A stretch of 64,000 nt of DNA, from the IMG/VR virus record IMGVR_UViG_3300046171_000197; one strand, given 5' to 3'. The stretch comes from a virus. The notes beneath the pieces are model-generated. The model saw only the letters and a list, made by a program, of their open reading frames with translations. It had not been told where the DNA came from and did no database searches. Below, one piece after another: positions 21,524-32,050 of this stretch. Numbering within the stretch: the first letter of the stretch is position 1; every line of letters begins with the position of its first letter. The position numbers were made by a program, and so were the translations under genes.

Positions 21524-21827
21524 TTGGCATGAACTAAGAGACATACCTCCCGCTCATGGTAGTGGTAAGGAACCCATGTATGCAAGCATGGGTAAGTCAA
21601 CTAAACCAGATCCTAATCGTAAGATTACATATCCTCATATGCTTGCTTGCTTTTGTCTTGACTCACATAACACCAGTTACTTTTACAAGAGAGAAGATCG
21701 CACATATTATTGGTTACATTGTCGTAAGAATAAAGATGATGTTGAGGTAGATGCAGACCAAATACAATTAGATATGTTTGGAGACCCATACTTATCTAAG
21801 GATTTTATTATGAAAGCAATCTTGTAA
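21510..21827 (+). CDS. Hypothetical protein
   Basis: ORF track. Confidence 0.55.
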   Translation: MNGYNWHELRDIPPAHGSGKEPMYASMGKSTKPDPNRKITYPHMLACFCLDSHNTSYFYKREDRTYYWLHCRKNKDDVEVDADQIQLDMFGDPYLSKDFIMKAIL

Positions 21828-21938
21828 GTATAAATACTTATAGAGAAAAAGAGGCATTATGAAAGACTTACCAATCAAATCAACCTGCGTTATCTTTGGG
21901 ATAATCTGTATATCAGTTTTTACTTCTATTAATTATGC

Positions 21939-22448
21939 ATGGGTATGAAAAAATTTAATACAATGGTCTTAGATGTAACTATCTACATCTTAGATTTTCT
22001 TTATAGGGGTAGAGACTTTCAAAGATTCTGGGTATTAGAAGTTATTGCAAGAGCACCCTACTTCTCATTTATTAGTGTGTTACATTTTCGTGAATCTTTA
22101 GGACTTCGTGGTGAGGATCACATATACTTAATGAAAGAACACTTTTATCAGGCACTCAATGAAACGGAACACTTGGAAGAAATGGAGCTTAGAGAAGGTA
22201 ACAAGTATTGGGTTGACCGCTTCTTTGCCAAACATCTTGTTTTACTTTATTATTGGATTATGGTTGGGTACTATCTTCTCAATCCTGTTAACGCTTACGA
22301 CATAAACATGAAGATTGAAAAGCATGCGTATGAAACTTATGTGAAGTATAGTGCTTATCATCCAGAAGATACAAAGATTGCAGAGATTGCACAGGATGAA
22401 TTAGATCATTCAAGAGAGTTAAGAAAAGCTATGTTAATGATTGCATAA
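21939..22448 (+). CDS. ptoX: Plastoquinol terminal oxidase (AOX/PTOX di-iron family), auxiliary metabolic gene
   Basis: RFWVLEVIARAPYF, NETEH, IEKHAYETY, DELDH. Confidence 0.95.
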   Translation: MGMKKFNTMVLDVTIYILDFLYRGRDFQRFWVLEVIARAPYFSFISVLHFRESLGLRGEDHIYLMKEHFYQALNETEHLEEMELREGNKYWVDRFFAKHLVLLYYWIMVGYYLLNPVNAYDINMKIEKHAYETYVKYSAYHPEDTKIAEIAQDELDHSRELRKAMLMIA

Positions 22449-22698
22449 TGGAAGTAGTTCATAGTGTAAACATTATGATTTTGTTGCTATTGATTTCTGT
22501 GTCAATTGTGATATACTACATATTAAGATATGATCATTACTTTCCAAATGACTAAAAAGGAAGAACCACGTAAGTATGCTAAAGACAGAATGGAGTACTT
22601 TCGTGAGTTTCATTCAGTTGTTGCACCAGTAGTTGTACTAGATGGATATGACTATGAGAGAAAGTATGATGAAGAGATGAGTTTTTGTTTACATCCTG

Positions 22699-23034
22699 AT
22701 GAATAGATTTTTGTTACTACCTTTAATATTAGTTGGATGTACAGCACCAGTTACTGATCCACCTGCTCATGCATGTAGTCCTCCTCTGGATGGTAGTGAT
22801 TTTACTTGCCCTCCGTTTGATGGCACCTTTGATGATATAAAATTGCCAAGAAAGCAAGTAAGAGGTGAAGTAGATATCTATAATATAGATCATTGGGGTA
22901 CTTTACATGGTGTATATGTTGACAATCTAAGAAGAAGTAGAATCGAACAAACAGCAACTAAACCATCTGATTCAATTGACTCAGCATTGGCAGATTTCTG
23001 GTCTCAGGAAACCTCAACTGATTTGGAAGAATAA
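22699..23034 (+). CDS. Putative lipoprotein
   Basis: MNRFLLLPLILVGC signal peptide with lipobox. Confidence 0.6.
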   Translation: MNRFLLLPLILVGCTAPVTDPPAHACSPPLDGSDFTCPPFDGTFDDIKLPRKQVRGEVDIYNIDHWGTLHGVYVDNLRRSRIEQTATKPSDSIDSALADFWSQETSTDLEE

Positions 23035-23065
23035 ATATAATAGTACTTATCTTATAGTATAAAAA

Positions 23066-25585
23066 GTGGCGTTAAAAAAACCGAGTGAATTATTTGGGAA
23101 GAAGGGAGACAACTCAAAGATCTCTGAGAATATTAATGGAAACCTTAATAATATAAAACAACAGTTTGATAAAGTAGAAGAATTAAAGAAAGAATTAGAG
23201 GGTGTTACCAATTCGATTGATAACTCATTGTCTAAAGTTGTAGATAATAGTGTAAATTTTGTAGAGTTTAAAGAAGAATATTCAGAGTTAATCGATAACT
23301 TAAACGTAAAGATAGAAGGTATAAAGGAAGACTTTGATGATAAAATTGATGAACTTCGAGCAGCTCATCTTACACTCAATACAGAGATTACAATACTTGA
23401 CAAGAGACAGAATAGTTTACATATCCGTGGACTTAAAGATGAGGTAATAGAAGAACTACAAAATATACTGAATGGTAATGTTTACCAAAATATTAGAAGT
23501 CTTGAAGAGAAGTTTGATAGTATAAACGAAAAACAATTACAGAACCTACAAGAGGGTTTACTTAATGAACCACCTAACGTAGATAATTCAGATCCTCTTA
23601 CACCACTTGATAAGAAGTATGTAACTCTTGATGAGTTCCAAGAACAATATAAGTTATTCATAAACAGAATACAGAAACAACTATCTACCTTCGGTGGTGG
23701 TGGTGCTGTACGCATTCAAGATTTAGATGATGTAGATATTTCAACTGCAAAAGTAAATGATAAGTTTTTAAAATATGATGCATCTGCTGGTAAGTGGGTA
23801 GGTGCTGCTGCAACTAGTAGTGGTGGTGGAGGATCTGGTATTACCACAGAGTTTGTATCTGCTCAAAATTTAAACGTTGTCGGTCTATCAACTTTTGTTG
23901 GTTTAACAACTTTTAGATCGGATATCCATATTATTGGTAATCAACTATTAAATATAAATGATGCTCTTGATTTTAGAGGAAACAATGGTGGTAATAGTTT
24001 TATTAATCATTACATAGACCCAACAGGAGGAGCACCAGGAAATTTATATATTGGAAATTTATCAGGAGATATTGAAAATGATGCTATGGATAATTTTAGT
24101 GTCAAAACAAATTATTCTGAACAAGCAATACTAGCAACTAAAAATGGTTCAGTAGCTTTATATCATGATGGTGGAAATAAAAAAATAGAAACATCTAGCA
24201 CTGGTGTAACGGTAACAGGAACTTTATCTGCGACATCATATAGTGGTGATGGATCAGGATTGACTGGTATTACTGGATCAGGATCTGGTGTTATAGTTCA
24301 ACATGACGGATCAAATGTTGGTACAGCAGGTACAATTAATTTCTCTACAAACTTAGATGTCACTGCAATTCATGCAGGTATTGTAACTGTTACTGCAACA
24401 GGTGGTGGAGGAGGAATCGCAGGTATTAATACTGTTGGACTCTCCTCATTCAGTAGTGTAGGTGTTGCAAAATCAATAACATTCAATCATAGTCCAGAAA
24501 ATTACATTAATCATATTCCTACATTTGGTATTCAAATTGTAAGTGGAGGTAATGGTGAAGTAATATCATACTCAGCAGATAATCATTACCTTTTAAGTGG
24601 TAATTCAATGGAGTCTTATGCACACTTTAATAAAGATGCACAAGTTGAATTATTCTTTAATAATTCTAAAAAATTCGAGACCAACAATACGGGAGCGGTT
24701 GTTTTAGGTGTATGCTCTGCAACATCATATACTGGATCAGGTGTAAATCTAACTAATTTAACTGGTGCATCTTCTGGTACTTATGGTAACGCATCAGCAG
24801 TACCAGTAATAACTGTTGATGGTAATGGAAGAATTACAGGTATCTCAACTATTGCTGGAAGTGGTAGTGGAATAACCAATGTTGTTGAAGACACCTCGCC
24901 GCAACTGGGAGGGAACCTTGATGTAAATGGGAAGGATATTGTATCTGTATCCAATGGTGATATTGAATTAGATCCAAATGGATCTGGTAAAGTTGTATTC
25001 AAAGGTAATGCAACAAAAGGATCTGGTCAAATAAAATTAAATTGTGAACAAAATTCACATGGAATAATTTTAAAAGGACCACCACATAGTGCTGCAGCAA
25101 GTTATACATTAACTTACCTAATAATATTGTAAATGGTCAGTTCTTAAAAACAGATGGATCTGGAAATTTAAGTTGGGCCTGCAAGTGGAACTGCATCTAG
25201 AACAACAACGAATGCAAGCACTGGATCAATTGCACAAGCTGCTTCTACAAACATAACAATACCAACACCAGGTAAAACATTCTCACTCTTAAAGGTTGCA
25301 ATTGATGCACCTGCATATGTGATTTTATATACTGACTCAACTTCAAGATCAAATGATGCAAGTAGATCAGAGGGAACTGATCCAACACCTGGTTCTGGTG
25401 TTCTTACTGAAGTAAGCACAACTACAAGTGGTGCATCCACATTCTTAATGACACCTGCTGTTCTTGGTTGGAATAACGATGGCACACCTGCGAATCAAAT
25501 ATATGCAAAGGTAGTTAATAAGAGAGCAACTAGTGGTAGTAACACAATCACTGTCACACTTACATCACTCGCATTAGAATCATAA
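23066..25585 (+). CDS. Fibre/baseplate-associated structural protein; two apparent indels near 25115 and 25178
   Basis: N-terminal coiled coil, GGGG..LDDVD linker, G/S/T-rich fibre repeats, DTSPQLGGNLD motif; C-terminal domain is ORF 25319..25585. Confidence 0.75.
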
Positions 25586-27555
25586 TGGCAAAAATTATTA
25601 CTGATGTCTTACTAAAAGACGGAACAGACGAAACAACTTTTATTAATGATGTAACGAGTAATGATGAAGTTGATTTAAAAGATAGAGTTACCAGTCTCAA
25701 CAATATGGTTGTTTTGAGTGTTGAAGAAAATTATCTTGACACACTTAAAAGTCATGCATCTGTTTTGAATGCAGAATTTTTTGAAGATGATCCTGCACCT
25801 GTCACATATCCCTCAATACCATCAACTTATACACATAGTCAATAAATCAATAGGTGGTACAGCAGCATATACATCTGTAAGTGGGCAAAAATATCTTTCA
25901 TTACAACATTATCTTGATACTGATATTATGCCATCACCCTGATGATAGAACAGTAAATGGATATACTAGTAATAAAGTAGGTAATTCTTATTTCCAAACA
26001 TCTCCAGATGGTAGATATGACTCCTACAGATATTTGGGTACAGAACCATCTAGTTCTTCGGGTCAGGCTGGCAATGATCAAACGTATTTTACAACATATA
26101 CTGGAAAACATGTTGACCTTGTTGTGTTAGAGGGTGGTAGTTCAGGTTCATTACATACAGGATGGCATGACTCTCATCCAGATTATGATGATCCAGATAA
26201 TCCTGGTACAACAAGAATGATTCCGATGAACTGGACAGGATTATCTAATACTGCAAATAATCAAGTAAGTAATAACACTATGCTCAATGATCACTCAGTT
26301 GGTACATTAAGTGTATCTGGTGGAGTGTATTGTGGGTTTGCAAAGAAAGCATCTATGCGAGCTTGTTATATTACTGGTGATGGTATAACCGCAGGATTAA
26401 ATTCAATTAAGTCTTGGCACAATTCTAAATCTAATAATGCAACAACTGGATTACCAAATCCAACTGTATTAATTATTGAGTGGCATTCTCCTGCAAAAAG
26501 TAAAGAAATATCCATAAGACTTGATGATGTAATTAGTGTTACAGATCCAACTGGTGGAACTACTAATAGACCTGGTAGTGGTTGGGGAACGGATTTCACA
26601 CCATTTGTATCAAGAGATATAATTCCATTTCAACTTCTTGATCCGATTGATAATAATTGGTATTGGGTAGTCCCTATGGCAAGGCAAACTGATGCAACCT
26701 ATTTTAGTGCTTTTGATCAATGTTGGGATGATGGTATTGTAATTGTTAGTAGTAATGGTAATGGAGGTAGTGTATATGCTAATCGTGATGATGCAAGATA
26801 TAATGGAACATATGTTACGACTTCTGGAACAATCAATCAATATACCATGAGTTTGAATGCATCAGGAGAACAGAATGATGGATGTCAATTAATAAGAGGT
26901 TTAACATCCACAACAACTTGGTATTGTTTAAGAGCTTACGGTCCTGGTGGCAATACGAAAGCAATCAATGTTGCTGCTGGTGGTAATAGTGGTGGAATGC
27001 CAACACTCGATGGTTACAGTTCAAGAGGATCAGGTGTTGATGTTGTAGGAAGAGGCAGTAGTACTTGGTCAGCTGGTCATCCGAGTGATACAACAATGGG
27101 TGATGGATATAAATGGAATTTGTTTGGTGGGACAAGTTGTGCTGTTCCAACAGTTGGAGGAAAGGCAGCTTGTTGGATGGAAAAATATTACACGTTAAAT
27201 GGTGCATGGCCTTCACCTAATCAAGTTAAAGATGCAATGATATCAGAGGCTAAGGGCAACCCCATTATCTGTTAAGACAACAAATTGGTCAAGTGTTCCT
27301 ACTGCATCAGGAACAGATATAAATCCTCAACAGCATATTAGTTCTTCTCCATGTTTAAAAATACAAGCAGGTGTAACCGCACCAAATGCTGGTCACAGAA
27401 TGGTTGATCTTGCAGGTACACCACCTCGTCAAGCATTTTGGAATGCACAGAATTTTAACAGAGAACAAACATATAAGAAAAGACCGACAACTGGTGTGTT
27501 ATTTCCAAGACCACGTAAATTTGATATAGCACCAGTAGAACAAGCAGCTACATAA
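25585..27555 (+). CDS. Subtilisin-like (S8) serine protease with N-terminal propeptide; apparent indels near 25840, 25938 and 27255
   Basis: GKHVDLVVLEGG, NDHSVGT, SNGN oxyanion segment, YSSRG, FGGTSCAVP catalytic Ser motif. Confidence 0.82.
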
Positions 27556-27579
27556 ATAAAACACTTATGGGTATAAAAG

Positions 27580-28044
27580 ATGGGAGCAATGGTTCCACCG
27601 AGTCGAAAGAGTTGTTATAACTTTCGAGTAACGGAGATCAATAAGGTAGTCGATGGAGACACTATTGATGTAACAATCGATCTAGGATTTGATCTCTATA
27701 AAAAAGAAAGAGTTCGCATAGCAGGAGTCGATACACCTGAGAAACGCACTCGTGACTTGGAAGAGAAAGCATTAGGACTTGATGCCACCGAGTGGATGAA
27801 AAAAAATTTAGAAGGAGCAATTGATGGAGATGACGAACTTTCTATACGAACTGAACTTAAAGGCGGGGTTGGTAAGTATGGCCGTTTGCTTGGTTGGTTA
27901 TACGTTGGTGATGAAGAAATATCACTCAACGAGTTGATGATCACCGAAGGGTATGCGTGGGAATACGATGGTGGTACAAAGCAAAAGAACTTTGAGGAAC
28001 TCAGAGAAATACGTAGATCATTAGGTACATTAGACGAGAGTTAA
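27580..28044 (+). CDS. Thermonuclease (SNase-family) endonuclease
   Basis: VVDGDTID, RIAGVDTPE, GKYGRLL, MITEGYA. Confidence 0.92.
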   Translation: MGAMVPPSRKSCYNFRVTEINKVVDGDTIDVTIDLGFDLYKKERVRIAGVDTPEKRTRDLEEKALGLDATEWMKKNLEGAIDGDDELSIRTELKGGVGKYGRLLGWLYVGDEEISLNELMITEGYAWEYDGGTKQKNFEELREIRRSLGTLDES

Positions 28045-28045
28045 A

Positions 28046-28282
28046 ATGAAAAAATTTATTGGAACACAAATCAGCAGATTTTTCAATTCAGGAAAATGGG
28101 CATTAAAATTAATTTTTCTTGTCGTGCTTGTTGAACTAGGTATTGTTGTAGGTGCTATTGCTACACAAGAACTTGATCAAAATGATAGTAACAATATCAA
28201 ACATATATTATCGTTAGTTGCTACAAAGTCATTCGCATTATATGCTGCTGAGAAAGGAAACCCACAACCAAAAGAGGAATGA
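28046..28282 (+). CDS. Small membrane protein
   Basis: Hydrophobic helix in ORF. Confidence 0.6.
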   Translation: MKKFIGTQISRFFNSGKWALKLIFLVVLVELGIVVGAIATQELDQNDSNNIKHILSLVATKSFALYAAEKGNPQPKEE

Positions 28283-28494
28283 AGAACATCTTTAATATTA
28301 TGTCAGCAGCATCTTTTGCAGGTGTTGTATTTCTCATTGGTATGACTGTCTATGCGAATGCAACTAGACAAGCACGTATTGATGAGAACAGAGAGTATAT
28401 CAAAAGTGTCATAGAAAAACAAGTTTATCAATCAATACAACTAACTATGCCACCAGTGACAGGTAAAGTAAATGTCGGAAATAAAACAAATTAA
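28279..28494 (+). CDS. Small membrane protein
   Basis: N-terminal TM; similar plan to 19311..19586. Confidence 0.6.
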   Translation: MKNIFNIMSAASFAGVVFLIGMTVYANATRQARIDENREYIKSVIEKQVYQSIQLTMPPVTGKVNVGNKTN

Positions 28495-29242
28495 TGTTCC
28501 AAATATTGTAATACCAAAGTTTGGTACAAATGAGGTATGGTTAAATGGTGTGCCTTTTGTTCCTAGTAATGATCCACCTGTAACATTACAACTTGGTTTT
28601 CCGATTGTGGAAATACCTGGTTGTGTCAAGATGCACAAGGACAATCAGGATAAGGTTACACGATTACCTTTTGATAAAGATCTTGTAAATCAAGATGAGA
28701 AGGGATCTACAACCTTATGTCCACATGGTGAGTATCCAACGTATGATGCGATGGATTATACACCAGAGCAATTAATAATTCAAAGAGAAACTCCACCACC
28801 TACTGTTGCACCACCACCAGATGTTGACCCACCAGAAGTTCCACCTACAGGAGATTTAGGTGGTGAAGAAGAAGTTGCTTGTCCTGGTCCTGGTCAATTA
28901 AGAGTTGGTGATATTACACAATCAGGTGATGAAAGAGTAATTGGTCACGAACTGAGTGTAGATGGCAAAATCTGTACTACCTTATATGAACAAACCACAG
29001 CAGCCGAAAAATTTCTTCCCTCTACAAATCAGGCAACAACAACACTCGCAGTTGCAGTGATTGCAACAGCAGGTGCAGCTGCAACACCATTAATATTAAG
29101 AATAGTCAAACCGATACTTACAAAGATATGGAAAACGATACAAAAGAAATTAGGTAAAAAAGTTGATGTGCCTACCCGTGCAGAAATAAAATCTAATGAG
29201 TATCGTGCGAAGAAGGGTCTACCACCTTTGAAGAAAAAGTAA
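28472..29242 (+). CDS. Pro-rich, Cys-containing protein with C-terminal membrane anchor
   Basis: PGCV, CPGP; Ala-rich TM followed by a basic tail. Confidence 0.7.
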   Translation: MSEIKQINVPNIVIPKFGTNEVWLNGVPFVPSNDPPVTLQLGFPIVEIPGCVKMHKDNQDKVTRLPFDKDLVNQDEKGSTTLCPHGEYPTYDAMDYTPEQLIIQRETPPPTVAPPPDVDPPEVPPTGDLGGEEEVACPGPGQLRVGDITQSGDERVIGHELSVDGKICTTLYEQTTAAEKFLPSTNQATTTLAVAVIATAGAAATPLILRIVKPILTKIWKTIQKKLGKKVDVPTRAEIKSNEYRAKKGLPPLKKK

Positions 29243-29990
29243 TTAAGGATTACCGATAGATATAGATTTTAAATCACTTGCATTACCACTAGGTATTATA
29301 GGTTGGTAATGGTTTGTGTTCGATTGTATGATTGTGCTCTGCAACAACACCTGGTGGATTTAATAATACTACATCAGCACATACCTTATAATATGGTGAC
29401 TTGTGGATGAAACATGATGCCAGCTTTCATTAATTCACCACAGTTCTTTAATCTTGCAATCTCAAAGTCTAATCTTTTATTTGCAACTGCCTGATTCATT
29501 AAGTCAATATTTGCTGCTGCTGCCTGTTTACATTGCTCTTGTAGTTTCTTATCTAATGGTTTCGACCAAGTAGCAGAGAGACCTAGAGATACTGTACTAC
29601 TATCTTTCTGTCCTGTTCTTACTGGTTTATAATATAAAATCTCACCTGGATTATCTGGCACATCATCATTATTTGCATCTACATTGTTGTACACGGGGTC
29701 CATCCATGTCTCTTCATAAGGACGTTTGATGGCAATATTACCTGTTAGAAACGGTGTAACGTTCATGGTAGGACCTTGACATGATATACCATTTCCATAT
29801 GTATTAGTTATATACGGACCTTGTAAAACCTGTATAGCTTGATTTGTGACGCTTCCAGAACTGTTTGCCACTGGATTTGCTGTCGCAGATACACCACCTA
29901 TGTCACTCGCAAACGTAGGTGCTGCAGTTCCTAATAAACAGATCGAAATCAGTTTGAGAAGGTGCTTGTTGTATTTGTTACGCTTTGTAT
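29243..29990 (-). CDS. Putative secreted protein; start uncertain; apparent indels near 29403 and 29303
   Basis: Signal-like LLKLISICLLGTAAPTFA, beta-rich core, Cys residues, helical C-terminus; ORF track 29386..30120. Confidence 0.65.
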
Positions 29991-30392
29991 AGTTGTCGTG
30001 CGATTTATTATTGTATGATTTGAAAGACCTGGTCCAGAATAACTTTCTGTAAATTGAAAGGCATCTCCTGGCGTTGTTATTGTAAAGTTTGGTTTGTTGT
30101 TTAGATCCAAGTTCGTCCATGTTGAAGTCACTCCATTTAATGTATTACTATTTCCTGTTGTATTGGGAGCAGAAATAGTAGTCCCATCGTGGGATATATT
30201 TGTACCAGTTACCACATATTGATAACCAGTATCATAATTCATTGAATTAATAGTTTCAGTTACGGTAGATGTTGTCTCCGTGTTGCTGGTCATCGAGCCC
30301 TGAGTAAAATTAGGAACCACAGGAACAGCATTCACAGTCCTCGCACTCGCAAGGGCAGACACACCCACAACAATCGCAAGTAGTCTTTTCAT
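29949..30392 (-). CDS. Putative secreted T/S/N-rich beta protein
   Basis: Signal peptide MKRLLAIVVG...VNA; mature part starts VPVVPNFTQG. Confidence 0.75.
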   Translation of the reverse strand: MKRLLAIVVGVSALASARTVNAVPVVPNFTQGSMTSNTETTSTVTETINSMNYDTGYQYVVTGTNISHDGTTISAPNTTGNSNTLNGVTSTWTNLDLNNKPNFTITTPGDAFQFTESYSGPGLSNHTIINRTTTIQSVTNTTSTFSN

Positions 30393-30398
30393 CTGTCA

Positions 30399-30887
30399 TT
30401 AGTTAATTGTCAATTCGTTTACAAACTGGCCAGTAGCCACAGTACCTGCTCCACCTGCTGTTACCGTAATGACACCAGCACTTGTGATAGTACCAGCTAA
30501 TGTATCTTTTGCACCAGAAGCAGTCGATACCTGACTTGAGAAGTTACCGACAGCACCTACAGTTGGTGCAGATGTTGGAACTGCGTCTGCTTGAATATAA
30601 GAACTACTAAAGCTGAAAGCTGCTCCTGCTGTGTCTTGAGTTGCTGCAATTGTACCTGGTGCATATACACCTGATGTGATAGTACCTGCAGAAACTGTAC
30701 CTGCTGTTGTACCATCAGTTGTATCAATGTTTGAACCTGATATGGTAAACGTTGATCCAACTCTGTCAACCTGAGTTGCTGCTGCGTTCACACTCAATTG
30801 AACACTACTTGATAATTTATGAGTCAAATCTGCCATTGCAGGTGAACTAAAACCCGCTAACAATAATATAGGTAATAGTTTTTTCAT
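30399..30887 (-). CDS. Putative secreted T/S/A/G-rich beta protein
   Basis: Signal peptide MKKLLPILLLAGFSSPAMA; late-like CTAAATA on the minus strand at 30916-30922. Confidence 0.75.
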   Translation of the reverse strand: MKKLLPILLLAGFSSPAMADLTHKLSSSVQLSVNAAATQVDRVGSTFTISGSNIDTTDGTTAGTVSAGTITSGVYAPGTIAATQDTAGAAFSFSSSYIQADAVPTSAPTVGAVGNFSSQVSTASGAKDTLAGTITSAGVITVTAGGAGTVATGQFVNELTIN

Positions 30888-30961
30888 CTGTATTTGTACC
30901 TATTTGATATAGCTTTATTTAGCGTCCAAATATTTACATATTATAACATTAAATTAAAAGC

Positions 30962-30990
30962 TTGACAACTGTATCAACATACACTATAGT
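30962..30990 (+). promoter_or_regulatory. Sigma70-type promoter for the RNA motif and talC
   Basis: TTGACA-17 bp-TATAGT. Confidence 0.75.
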
Positions 30991-31011
30991 ATGTTTGTTG
31001 GACGCAACATA

Positions 31012-31175
31012 GGGAGTGACTGAATAAACTTACTGGCAACCGCTGGTTAAGGTGATGAGACACAGGTGGTGCTGCTGCGAAAGCAGAATCGACTTACCAG
31101 TCGGGTCTCAGGCAAGAATGTATTTACTCTGTAGTAATGCCCATTCTTTGTTGGTATACAGGAACCCAACCTCCC
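31012..31175 (+). ncRNA. manA RNA motif (cyanophage-type structured RNA)
   Basis: Closing GGGAG/CTCCC stem; internal stems GAGAC/GTCTC, CTGC-GAAA-GCAG, CGACT/AGTCG, GTTGG/CCAAC; resembles the manA motif from memory, to be confirmed with Rfam. Confidence 0.78.
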
Positions 31176-31186
31176 CTCTTCTTTTT

Positions 31187-31236
31187 AAGACCTAAGATGC
31201 AACTCAATAGAGTCGGGCAGATGGTCTTCTTTTTTT
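31187..31236 (+). terminator. Hairpin plus T-tract between the RNA motif and talC
   Basis: AAGACC...GGTCTT outer stem, inner ACTC-AATA-GAGT, then CTTTTTTT. Confidence 0.5.
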
Positions 31237-31249
31237 ACCTATTAATTAA

Positions 31250-31900
31250 ATGAAAATATTTTTAGATACCGCAAACACAACTGAGATACAAGACGGATAT
31301 AATACAGGACTTATAGATGGGATTACTACCAACCCAACTTTGATTATGAAGAGTGGTAGAGATCCAGAAGAAGTATATCAAGAACTGATTGACATGGGAT
31401 TAACTGATGTCAGTATGGAAGTTGTAGGAAATCGAAAAGAGATGTATGAGGAAGGAATAAGATTATCAGAAAAGTTTGATAGGTATGCAACAATCAAAGT
31501 TCCTTGTACACCTGATGGTCTTGCAGTTTGTAGAGAACTATCAAGACAATTAATCAGAGTCAATGTAACTCTTATCTTCTCAGTTTCACAAGCAATACTA
31601 TCTGCCAAGGCAGGTGCAAATTATGTATCACCATTTGTAGGAAGAGTCGATGACAATTCTTTTGGTGGTCTATGTCTGATAAAGGATATATCAAATACAT
31701 TTACAAAGCAGAACTGGAAGAGAACAGAAATACTTGCTGCATCGATTCGTAATGTCAGAGATGTAGGTCGTGCTTTTGAATATGGTGCGGATATTTGTAC
31801 AATTCCTACATCAGTATTCAATAAGATGTATAATCATATTCTTACTGATAAAGGGTTAGAACTCTTTGAAAATGATTGGAAATCAACACAAAATGTATAG
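31250..31900 (+). CDS. talC: Transaldolase TalC (auxiliary metabolic gene)
   Basis: FLDTA, TTNPTL, IKVP, NVTLIFS, SPFVGR, AASIR. Confidence 0.97.
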   Translation: MKIFLDTANTTEIQDGYNTGLIDGITTNPTLIMKSGRDPEEVYQELIDMGLTDVSMEVVGNRKEMYEEGIRLSEKFDRYATIKVPCTPDGLAVCRELSRQLIRVNVTLIFSVSQAILSAKAGANYVSPFVGRVDDNSFGGLCLIKDISNTFTKQNWKRTEILAASIRNVRDVGRAFEYGADICTIPTSVFNKMYNHILTDKGLELFENDWKSTQNV

Positions 31901-31901
31901 C

Positions 31902-31935
31902 TTGACACAATTTTGATCCTATGGTATACTAAATA
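31902..31935 (+). promoter_or_regulatory. Composite sigma70 / late-like promoter
   Basis: TTGACA-17 bp-TATACT overlapping CTAAATA. Confidence 0.7.
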
Positions 31936-32050
31936 CCATTACATAAACGAAGGACTCGAAAGATCGTAACCCTGCGTAGAATGTAAAAATCTTGTCGAAA
32001 GATTTTCCATCCGCAGGTTTTTTAATGCCTAGCGAGATACTTTTAAAAAA

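Noticed and set aside
21939-31900. PTOX and talC (also mazG and hli elsewhere) as novel
   Set aside because: These are well-known cyanophage auxiliary metabolic genes.
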